Shown piece after piece: positions 19,425 to 27,182 of a DNA stretch of 64,000 nt. How positions within the stretch are numbered: position 1 is the first letter of the stretch; every line of letters starts with the position of its first letter. Made by a program: the position numbers and the translations under genes. The notes beneath the pieces are model-generated. The model was not told where the DNA came from. It saw only the letters and a program-made list of their open reading frames with translations, and did not search any database. This DNA is from Bdellovibrio sp. (GTDB lineage Bacteria > Bdellovibrionota > Bdellovibrionia > Bdellovibrionales > Bdellovibrionaceae), in assembly GCA_036677065.1 (NCBI GenBank), contig JAKFBS010000004.1, forward strand, positions 32,001 through 96,000, in the 5' to 3' direction.

Positions 19425-20099
19425 ATGGCTAAAAAAGCAACTGCATCAAAAAAAGCAACTAAACCTGTAGCGAAATCGGCAGCGCGGTCGGCTCAGGCTA
19501 AAGCTGCGGCAAAAAAACCGGAAGCTAAAAAAGCGGCTCCGGCGGCTAAGGCATCAGCTAAACCAATAGCTAAGCCAGCACCTGCAAAAGCGAAAGCAGC
19601 TGTTATTTCTAAAGGTCCTAAAGTTGTCGCAAAACCTGCGGCAAAAGTAGTTAAGGCCACTCCAGCTCCTAAAAGTGAAGCGGTGCGACCGGCTCAGGTA
19701 AAACCTGCTTTGATGACTAAAAAAGGTAAAGCTGAAGAAGTTGAACCCAAAGATGCTGAGCCTAAAGATCAGGGCGATTTGCTGATTGAAAAAGCCAAAG
19801 AAGAAATGGCGAACATCAATAGCGCGAAAAATGCCGCTGAAAAAAACGCTAAAATTAAACCAATTAAAATTGAACGTGGAAATGCTGCTGATGAAAAAGC
19901 AAAATGGCAGGAGCTGTTTAAACGTCATGGAAAAGACAAAGCTAATCCTTATAAAATGACTGATAGCTTTGACGCTATGAAGCCTCTACAGCACAAAGTA
20001 TTGGGTTGGGGATTTATTTTAAGCAACGAAAATAACCGTCTTGAAGTTCTGTTTGAAAACGGAATAAAAATGTTGATTAGTAACTACAAGCCCTCTTAA
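19425..20099 (+). CDS. Lys/Ala/Pro-rich (histone H1-like) protein with C-terminal Tudor/SH3-like domain
   Basis: About 100 aa AKP-rich N-terminus; C-terminal QHKVLGWGFILS...RLEVLFENGIKML. Confidence 0.75.
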   Translation: MAKKATASKKATKPVAKSAARSAQAKAAAKKPEAKKAAPAAKASAKPIAKPAPAKAKAAVISKGPKVVAKPAAKVVKATPAPKSEAVRPAQVKPALMTKKGKAEEVEPKDAEPKDQGDLLIEKAKEEMANINSAKNAAEKNAKIKPIKIERGNAADEKAKWQELFKRHGKDKANPYKMTDSFDAMKPLQHKVLGWGFILSNENNRLEVLFENGIKMLISNYKPS

Positions 20100-20110
20100 T
20101 ATATTCGTGC

Positions 20111-20332
20111 ATGTCAAAAGATGATTTAGTTACTTTAGATGGGAAAGTGGTGGATGCTCTTGCTGGGGGCCTGTACAAGGTAGAGTTAGAGTCAAACAAA
20201 GTTGTGGTGAGTGCCAAACTTTGCGGAAAAATGCGCAGATTTAATATCCGAATCGTCGTCGGAGATCGTGTGAGTGTCGGAGTTTCTCCGTACGACCCAA
20301 CCCACGGCCTCATCATGTACCGTCATAAATAA
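20111..20332 (+). CDS. infA: Translation initiation factor IF-1
   Basis: MSKDD..GKVVDAL...GKMRRFNIRIVVGDRV...SPYD..GLIMYR. Confidence 0.96.
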   Translation: MSKDDLVTLDGKVVDALAGGLYKVELESNKVVVSAKLCGKMRRFNIRIVVGDRVSVGVSPYDPTHGLIMYRHK

Positions 20333-20411
20333 TATAACTAAGAAATTTCTCGTCATAGCCACACAACACAGATAAAATTATCAAAAACATAAAAGAGTCA
20401 CAGAGGTTTTT

Positions 20412-22808
20412 ATGGATCAAATGTTAGGTCAGTATTTAACTCGTTTTGTAACTACAGTTCCGTTGAAATCAGCGGCTGCAGTATTAGAACTAGCAGCAGA
20501 AGGCGGTACAGTTCCGTTTATCGCCCGTTACCGTAAAGAAAAAACGGGAAACTTAGATGAAGTGCAAATTCGCGCGGTTATCGAAGCGGCTGAAACTTTT
20601 GCTGAAGTCGTAAAACGCAAAGCTTTCTTAGTTAAAGAAATCGGCGAGCAAAAGAATTTAACGCCGGAAATTGAAAAGCGTATTAATCTTTCTTGGGATC
20701 TTAATGAACTTGAAGAGATCTACAAACCATTCAAGAAAAAGAAAAAAACCAAAGCCACAGTGGCACGCGATGCTGGTTTAGAACCACTTGCAAACTGGAT
20801 TTGGGATATGGGTCACGCTACTATCAAAGACCCTGCGACGATGGAAATCAAAGCGAAATCTTTCTTAAATCCAGATCAAAAAATTGTAACTTACGAAGAT
20901 GCTCTTAAAGGCGCTCAGGATATTATCGTTGAGAGAATTGCCAATGAGCCAAGTCTACGTGAAAAAGTTGTACAAAATTATTTTGAAAAAGGAAAAGTGG
21001 GCGCAAAAGCTGCGAAAGGCTTTAAACCAAATTCTAAATACGAAATGTACGCTAAAGATTATTCTGACAGCGTTAAAAATTTATTAGAAGAAAAAGCATC
21101 GCACAGATACATGGCGATGAAGCGTGGTTGGGAAGAAGAAGAGCTAACTGTAGAAATTTCTGCAGAAGACGACATCTTGTTAATGATTTACGAAAAATTC
21201 GCGACGACGACTCCAGAAAATGCTTTTGGAACTTATTTAAAAGAATCGGCTCGTTTAGCAATGAATGTTTACGTTGTTCCTTCGGTTAAAAATGAAGTAC
21301 ATGCTAAACTAAAAGAAAAATCTGATGAGCACGCGATTAAAGTTTTCGCTGAAAACGTTCGCCGTGTATTATTAGGTTCTCCGTTCGGACCACGCTGTGT
21401 ACTTGGAGTTGATCCAGGTTTACGTACGGGGTGTAAGATTGCCCTTATTGATAAAGGCGGAAATTTCGTTTCTCACACTGTGATGTACACATTAGGTGAC
21501 AACGCAGAAAACGCTGCAAAGACCTTAATTAACGAAGTAACTAAACAAATCAAAATCGAAGCTATTGCCGTTGGCAACGGAACTGGTGGCCGCGAAACTG
21601 AAATCTTCTTGAAAAAAGTTTTAAAAGAAATCGGTAAAGCTGAAATTCCAGTGGTTATGGTGAATGAATCAGGCGCTTCTGTATATTCTGCTTCTGATGT
21701 AGCCCGTAATGAATTTCCGGATTTAGATATTACTGTGAGAGGCGCGATCTCGATCGCTCGTCGCTTGCAAGATCCTTTAGCTGAGCTAGTTAAAATTGAT
21801 CCAAAATCTATCGGTGTTGGCCAATACCAACATGATGTTAATCAAACTCAACTTAAAAAAGGCTTAGAAGGCGTTGTTGAAAGTTGTGTGAATAACGTAG
21901 GTGTTGATGTGAATACAGCATCCAGTTCGTTATTAGCTCACGTTTCTGGTATCGGCCCTGGATTGGCTACGGCAATCGTTGAACACAGAAAGAAAAATGG
22001 TTTATTCACTGAGCGTTCTGAATTAAGTAAAGTTCCAAGATTTACGCCTAAAGTTTTTGAACAAGCTGCGGGTTTTTTAAGAATTTTAAATGGTAAAGTA
22101 TTTCTAGATTCTACAGGTATTCATCCTGAGCGTTATTCAGCTGTTCGTGATATGGCTCAAGATTTAAATGTAAATTTAAATGAATTAGTTGGTGAAGGCG
22201 CAAAAAAACTTGTGGCGACAAGAACTAAATGGGCAAAAATCGTAGGTGAGTTCACTTTCGATGATATTTACAAAGAATTAGAAAAACCAGGTCGTGATCC
22301 ACGTGATCCATATAAAGTTTTCCAATTTAAAGATGATATCTTCGAAGTAAAAGATCTTAAAGAAGGAATGATTTGTCCGGGTATCGTTACAAATGTTACT
22401 AACTTTGGAGCTTTCGTTGATATCGGCGTTCACCAAGATGGTTTAGTGCATATCTCTGAACTTGCGCACAAGTTCGTTGAAGATCCACGTAAAGTTGTAA
22501 ACCCAGGTGATCAAGTGACTATTCGCGTATTAAAAGTTGATTTAGCGAAAAACCAAATCGCTTTATCGATGAAGCTTGAAGCGGCTCCGGATCATAAATC
22601 TTTCAGAGATATGAAAGAAGGAAATCCACGTCCTCAAGGCGATCGCCCACAAAATCGTGACGGCGGCGGACGCCCTCAAGGTGACCGTGGTGGCCAAAGA
22701 CCAGGTGGATTTGGTGGCGGTAACCGCGACCAACAGCCACGCGGTGGACAAGGTGGCAACGGATTTACAAATAATCCATTTGCGGCATTGTTAACTAACA
22801 AAAAGTAA
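20412..22808 (+). CDS. tex: Tex-family RNA-binding transcription accessory protein
   Basis: TVPFIARYRKE, GVDPGLRTGCK, ARRLQDPLAELVKIDPKSIGVGQYQHD, C-terminal S1 domain. Confidence 0.96.
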   Translation: MDQMLGQYLTRFVTTVPLKSAAAVLELAAEGGTVPFIARYRKEKTGNLDEVQIRAVIEAAETFAEVVKRKAFLVKEIGEQKNLTPEIEKRINLSWDLNELEEIYKPFKKKKKTKATVARDAGLEPLANWIWDMGHATIKDPATMEIKAKSFLNPDQKIVTYEDALKGAQDIIVERIANEPSLREKVVQNYFEKGKVGAKAAKGFKPNSKYEMYAKDYSDSVKNLLEEKASHRYMAMKRGWEEEELTVEISAEDDILLMIYEKFATTTPENAFGTYLKESARLAMNVYVVPSVKNEVHAKLKEKSDEHAIKVFAENVRRVLLGSPFGPRCVLGVDPGLRTGCKIALIDKGGNFVSHTVMYTLGDNAENAAKTLINEVTKQIKIEAIAVGNGTGGRETEIFLKKVLKEIGKAEIPVVMVNESGASVYSASDVARNEFPDLDITVRGAISIARRLQDPLAELVKIDPKSIGVGQYQHDVNQTQLKKGLEGVVESCVNNVGVDVNTASSSLLAHVSGIGPGLATAIVEHRKKNGLFTERSELSKVPRFTPKVFEQAAGFLRILNGKVFLDSTGIHPERYSAVRDMAQDLNVNLNELVGEGAKKLVATRTKWAKIVGEFTFDDIYKELEKPGRDPRDPYKVFQFKDDIFEVKDLKEGMICPGIVTNVTNFGAFVDIGVHQDGLVHISELAHKFVEDPRKVVNPGDQVTIRVLKVDLAKNQIALSMKLEAAPDHKSFRDMKEGNPRPQGDRPQNRDGGGRPQGDRGGQRPGGFGGGNRDQQPRGGQGGNGFTNNPFAALLTNKK

Positions 22809-22870
22809 TTTTAAATAGAAGTATATTAATTGAGCTGAGATGACTCGGCTCTAAAAAGAAGGAAAACACC

Positions 22871-22981
22871 ATGGCATTAAAAGTTGGCGGAAAAAGCAAA
22901 ACTAAAAAAAATAAATCAGCTCGTCACAAAGCTAAAAGAATCACTAAGAAAAAACGTATGATCAAAGCTAACAAAAAGTAG
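22871..22981 (+). CDS. 36-aa highly basic small protein (not in the supplied ORF track)
   Basis: SD AAGGA; translates MALKVGGKSKTKKNKSARHKAKRITKKKRMIKANKK; fits the gap between tex and the phosphatase. Confidence 0.75.
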   Translation: MALKVGGKSKTKKNKSARHKAKRITKKKRMIKANKK

Positions 22982-22997
22982 TTTTGAACTGTCGATT

Positions 22998-23609
22998 TTG
23001 AAAACTAAGAATCTTTTTCTTATTCGACATGGTGAAACGGATTGGAATCGTGCTAAACGGTTCCAAGGCCGCACCGATATTCCCTTAAATGATGAGGGGC
23101 GTGTACAAGCTCTTGGCTTGTGTTCACGTATGATGGAACTAAAAATTGATTTGGTTGTATCTAGTTCTTTGTCGCGGGCTTATGAAACAGCCTTAATCGC
23201 GATTCAAGATGTTAAACTTCCGATCCAAAAAGATGATCGTCTGCAAGAAACCAATATTGGTGAAGCCGAAGGTCTTACGCATGAAGAAATTTCTGAAAAA
23301 TTTGGTATTGGCCATATCGAACGTTGGCGTTCGTATGAAGAACGTGATTTGGATTTTAGATATCCTAATGGGGAATCAAAAAGACAGATGATGGTCCGTG
23401 TTCGCGAGGCTATTTTGGACATTGCGCAAAACAATTCACACCAAAATATAGCGGTGTTTGCTCATGGAATGGTTATGCGCGCTTTAACCTTCGCTTTTCA
23501 CCAAGGTGTTGCATGGGATTTAGCGCAATTTCACAATGGCTGTATTCACCATTTTGTGTGGGACGACAAAAGGCCAGAACACATGAAATACATTGGTAAA
23601 GTAAATTAA
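22998..23609 (+). CDS. Histidine phosphatase (phosphoglycerate mutase-like)
   Basis: RHGETDWN, SSSLSRAYET, GES, AHG. Confidence 0.92.
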   Translation: MKTKNLFLIRHGETDWNRAKRFQGRTDIPLNDEGRVQALGLCSRMMELKIDLVVSSSLSRAYETALIAIQDVKLPIQKDDRLQETNIGEAEGLTHEEISEKFGIGHIERWRSYEERDLDFRYPNGESKRQMMVRVREAILDIAQNNSHQNIAVFAHGMVMRALTFAFHQGVAWDLAQFHNGCIHHFVWDDKRPEHMKYIGKVN

Positions 23610-23666
23610 TCGTTTAAAATATTAGCTGGAGAATTCATTCCGTCGGATGACGGATAAGGAGCGACA

Positions 23667-25484
23667 GTGCCTGCGTATTTTAAAAAAGTCTTTCTTAATT
23701 CAACCGGATCATTTTTACCAGGACCTGCCGTCAACAATGACGAAATGGATTCTTATATTGGTTCAATCAATGGCCAATCAAATCGCATCAAACGTCGTAT
23801 CTTAGCTGAAAACGGAATTAAATCACGTCACTACGGTATCGATAAAGAAGGTAATACTAATTTCTCATCTTCAGACATGGCGATCAAAGCCATCGAAAAT
23901 ACTTTAGAAAATACTGGCTTGAAAATGGATGACGTACAATTTTTAAGTACGGGTACGGTGGGCGCTGATATGGCAGCTCCAGGTTTTGCAAATTTAGTTC
24001 AAGGCCAACTGCGAGCAGCGCCAATGCAAACGATGAGTTTTCAAGGTATCTGTGCTTCGGGTATAGCCGCAATGAAAGCCGCTGCTTCAGTTGTAGAGCT
24101 TGGCGAATTTGACCGCTCTGTTGCATTAGCGACAGAGTTTCCGTCACGTTTATTTAAAGCTTCTCGGTTTCAGCAAATTGAAGAAAATTTAGATTTTGAT
24201 TCACACTTTTTACGTTGGATGTTGTCTGATGGATCAGGTGCTGTGTTATTTGAAAACAAACCACGCGAAACTGGGATCTCGTTAAAATTAGATTGGATTC
24301 ATTTAAAATCATTTAGCGGTGATTACCCAACCTGTATGCAGATCGGAACGCCGTGGAATGAACCTAAAAAAAGTTATTTAGATTTTCCGTCATTAGAGGC
24401 AGCTGAAAAAGCGGGTTCTTTTCTATTGCGCCAAGATATTCGCTTATTACCAAATTTATTTGATGTGGGTATTAGCGAATTTATGAATTTAGTTTTAAAA
24501 AATGAAATTCAACCCAACGAAGTTGATCATTTCTTATGTCATTATTCGTCAGAAAGATTTTCAGGTGTCGTAAAAACACTTATGGAAAAAGCTGGCGTTC
24601 TTATTTCGCCAGAGAAATGGTACAGCAATCTAACGAGTAAAGGTAATACGGGAGCAGCCTCAATTTTTATTATGCTTGATGAATTCATGCGTACTAAAAA
24701 GCCTAAAGTTGGCGAAAAAATACTTTGTTTTATTCCGGAGTCTGGGCGTTTTACTGTTTCGTTTATGCTTTTTGAAGTTTTAGAAGATGGAAAATCAAAA
24801 AAAATCGAACGTCAAAAGCCAGAACGTCAGTTGTTTGAAAAATTATTATTGGAGCTGGGAAGCGTTTGGCATAGTTACCGTTCAAATGTTTTCAGAACTG
24901 AATTTGCGAATAAAATTTTTAACAATAATTTTTCTGTCGATAATTACCAACAGTGGATGGAAAATTGGATTCCACAAGTGCGTGAGGGCAGTGTTTGGAT
25001 GCGCACAGCAATTTCGAATTTATCGAATCAGTTTGAAGGTATTCAAGAGTTGATCGAAGAGCATGCCGGCGAAGAGCAATTCGACTTTAAGGTTCTTTAT
25101 GCCGATTACCAAAACTCAGGTGGTAAAAAAGATATCGATGATTTAAAGCGTAACCCTGGTGGCGAAGCCTTGAATAAATATATGTACGAGCGTGCAAATG
25201 GCGTAAATCCATTGGGTCTATTAGGCGGTATTTTTATTATCGAAGGTACGGGAAATAAAATTATTCCGACGATGTTACCTTTCTTGAAAAAAAGCCTAAA
25301 TCTTCAAATGAATGTCTTTAAGTTTTTAGAATATCACGGCGAAAATGACGTGAAACATTTAGAACGTTGGGCAAGCGCTGTTGAATTAGCTTTGGCGATT
25401 GAACCTAAAGCTTATGATGACATTTTGGCGACAGCTAAAGAAGTGGCTAAGCTTTATCACGCACAATGGGAGCAAGTACTATGA
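23667..25484 (+). CDS. DarB/StlD-like KAS-III ketosynthase fused to a heme-oxygenase-like diiron domain
   Basis: Cys-His-Asn triad (GICASG, FLCHYSS, GNTGAASI), FLRWMLSDG, PESGRF; C-terminal about 220 aa with REG, HAGEE, IIEGTG, YHGENDVKH; SD AAGGAG with GTG start. Confidence 0.85.
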   Translation: MPAYFKKVFLNSTGSFLPGPAVNNDEMDSYIGSINGQSNRIKRRILAENGIKSRHYGIDKEGNTNFSSSDMAIKAIENTLENTGLKMDDVQFLSTGTVGADMAAPGFANLVQGQLRAAPMQTMSFQGICASGIAAMKAAASVVELGEFDRSVALATEFPSRLFKASRFQQIEENLDFDSHFLRWMLSDGSGAVLFENKPRETGISLKLDWIHLKSFSGDYPTCMQIGTPWNEPKKSYLDFPSLEAAEKAGSFLLRQDIRLLPNLFDVGISEFMNLVLKNEIQPNEVDHFLCHYSSERFSGVVKTLMEKAGVLISPEKWYSNLTSKGNTGAASIFIMLDEFMRTKKPKVGEKILCFIPESGRFTVSFMLFEVLEDGKSKKIERQKPERQLFEKLLLELGSVWHSYRSNVFRTEFANKIFNNNFSVDNYQQWMENWIPQVREGSVWMRTAISNLSNQFEGIQELIEEHAGEEQFDFKVLYADYQNSGGKKDIDDLKRNPGGEALNKYMYERANGVNPLGLLGGIFIIEGTGNKIIPTMLPFLKKSLNLQMNVFKFLEYHGENDVKHLERWASAVELALAIEPKAYDDILATAKEVAKLYHAQWEQVL

Positions 25485-26374
25485 TAGAAGGAAATGACAT
25501 GTTTGCAAATATGCAGCATGACCCGGATGATCCAAGTCCGTGGCATGCAATGTATTTAGATACAAGCACGCCACTTCGTCCGTCTGCAAAAACTATGTGG
25601 CTGCAAAACTCGAGTTCGAATTCACGCCAATTTGTTCTGCCATTCGCTCGGCTTGTAGCAAAAATCATGATTATTACTTTTCAGGTTATCAAAGCCTTAT
25701 CACCAGTAGATTGGCGCGCTTCAAGATTGCTTCACCAATTAATTTATTGGGGATTAAAATATTTTGTTAAAAAAGAAGCGAACTACCTTATTTTACGCCA
25801 TTTTCATGCAGGTTCTGAACTATTAGGCTTTATCGGTGGTAACGTGCCTGGCGTAAATATTCCGATGAATCCTTTGAAGCCTAAAAACTTAGAAGCCCTT
25901 AAGGATCATTTATTTTTAACTCATGATCTGAATTTGTATAATTTTGTAATTAATCTAAATCGCGAGCTTAAAGCGAAAAATTTAAAGATTAAACCGATAG
26001 CTTCGCCGAATTTCTCGATGGTCACTGAAGGCGAATTTGATATTGAGATGCCTAAAGAGGGTTTGTTTAATTTTATCGATTTAGAAACGGCTATCGAAAT
26101 TTATACTCCGGTTTATCAGTTTTTCTTAACGGATAATGATTTTTGGCGTGCCACAAATTCTTTACAATTAGATGAAACTATTGGAATTTATGGATCGACA
26201 ATCTTAGGTTCGGATAAACACTTGCTGTTAGTAAATAATAAACATCCGCTAGTGTCGTTAATCACTTTAAGTGCTGGATTTCGTTTAGTGCTTCATGGTT
26301 TGTCGACTGAAATGGGACATTGGTTGTTGGTGCAAAAAAAGCTAGAACAACGCGAAAAAGAAAAAACGGCTTAA
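25481..26374 (+). CDS. Conserved hypothetical protein (DUF6999-like), His/Glu-rich
   Basis: ATGA overlap with the KS gene; LRHFHAGSE, HDLNLYNF, LQLDET, HGLSTEMGH. Confidence 0.65.
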   Translation: MIEGNDMFANMQHDPDDPSPWHAMYLDTSTPLRPSAKTMWLQNSSSNSRQFVLPFARLVAKIMIITFQVIKALSPVDWRASRLLHQLIYWGLKYFVKKEANYLILRHFHAGSELLGFIGGNVPGVNIPMNPLKPKNLEALKDHLFLTHDLNLYNFVINLNRELKAKNLKIKPIASPNFSMVTEGEFDIEMPKEGLFNFIDLETAIEIYTPVYQFFLTDNDFWRATNSLQLDETIGIYGSTILGSDKHLLLVNNKHPLVSLITLSAGFRLVLHGLSTEMGHWLLVQKKLEQREKEKTA

Positions 26375-26377
26375 TCA

Positions 26378-27088
26378 ATGAATTTAGAACAATTTGTTTT
26401 ACAACTAAATCATTGGCAATTTTTTTTAGTGAGCTTTTTTGGCTTTTCAGGTCTGTATTTTTCATTTTGTTCGATTTCGTATTATCTATTTTGCGTCAAA
26501 AGAATTTGGCCTCGTGTTCAGGATAAAGAGTTTCGCCCAGGGCAGATTAAAACTGAAATCAAAAGATCATTTTTATCGATATTAATGTTTTCGATCCTTG
26601 CGATTTTTATGTGTGAAGGTTTGAAGACTGGATTTTATCGCTTCGACTTTAACTTTTCGTTAAACACATTTCTAGTTGAAGTTGTTGTGCTTTTTTTCTG
26701 GAATGAGATTTACTTTTACAGTTTTCACAGATTGTTTCATTTAAAATCATTATATAAATACCATGTCGATCACCATTATTCGTTCGTGCCGTCGCCATTT
26801 TCAGCTTACAGTTTTCATTGGAGCGAAGGGGTTATTTTAGGAGCAGTTATGCCAGTGGTCATGCTATTTCATGACTTTCAGTTTTACGCAATTATGGTGC
26901 TGCCGGCGATGAGCATTTCGATGAACGTGTTAGGGCATTCTAACATCGATTTTTTTCCGAAATCTGGTCAGGGCAGTTTGTTAAGTTTTTCGAAACGCCA
27001 TAGTCTGCATCATAAGATTCCGCATTCAAATTTTGGATTTTTCTTACCATGGTTTGATCAAATTTTTGGGACGGTCGCCAAAGACTAA
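26378..27088 (+). CDS. Sterol desaturase / fatty acid hydroxylase family protein
   Basis: His boxes HRLFH, HVDHH, GH, HSLHH; SAYSFH. Confidence 0.92.
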   Translation: MNLEQFVLQLNHWQFFLVSFFGFSGLYFSFCSISYYLFCVKRIWPRVQDKEFRPGQIKTEIKRSFLSILMFSILAIFMCEGLKTGFYRFDFNFSLNTFLVEVVVLFFWNEIYFYSFHRLFHLKSLYKYHVDHHYSFVPSPFSAYSFHWSEGVILGAVMPVVMLFHDFQFYAIMVLPAMSISMNVLGHSNIDFFPKSGQGSLLSFSKRHSLHHKIPHSNFGFFLPWFDQIFGTVAKD

Positions 27089-27154
27089 TGTTAGCCATTC
27101 TGGGCTCGGTGTAGATAACTTTGACAGTGTATTAGGCTACGTAGCTGACGGGGT

Positions 27155-27170
27155 TGGAACGGCTTTAGCT
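27155..27170 (+). promoter_or_regulatory. Possible sigma54 (-24/-12) promoter before the PLD gene
   Basis: TGGAACGGCTTTAGCT with GG-N10-GC spacing; would start transcription near ATG 27183, which has no SD. Confidence 0.35.
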
Positions 27171-27182
27171 ATATAAAGCTTT

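Noticed and set aside
19554..19928. Phe-rich minus-strand ORF
   Set aside because: Antisense shadow of the Lys-rich gene.
22620..22770. RPQGDR/Gly repeats at the end of tex
   Set aside because: Ordinary low-complexity C-terminal tail.
23667..27088. Calling the cluster a standard dialkylresorcinol (darAB) or sterol pathway
   Set aside because: No recognisable DarA or ACP, no squalene/oxidosqualene cyclase genes; 'sterol desaturase' is only a family label.
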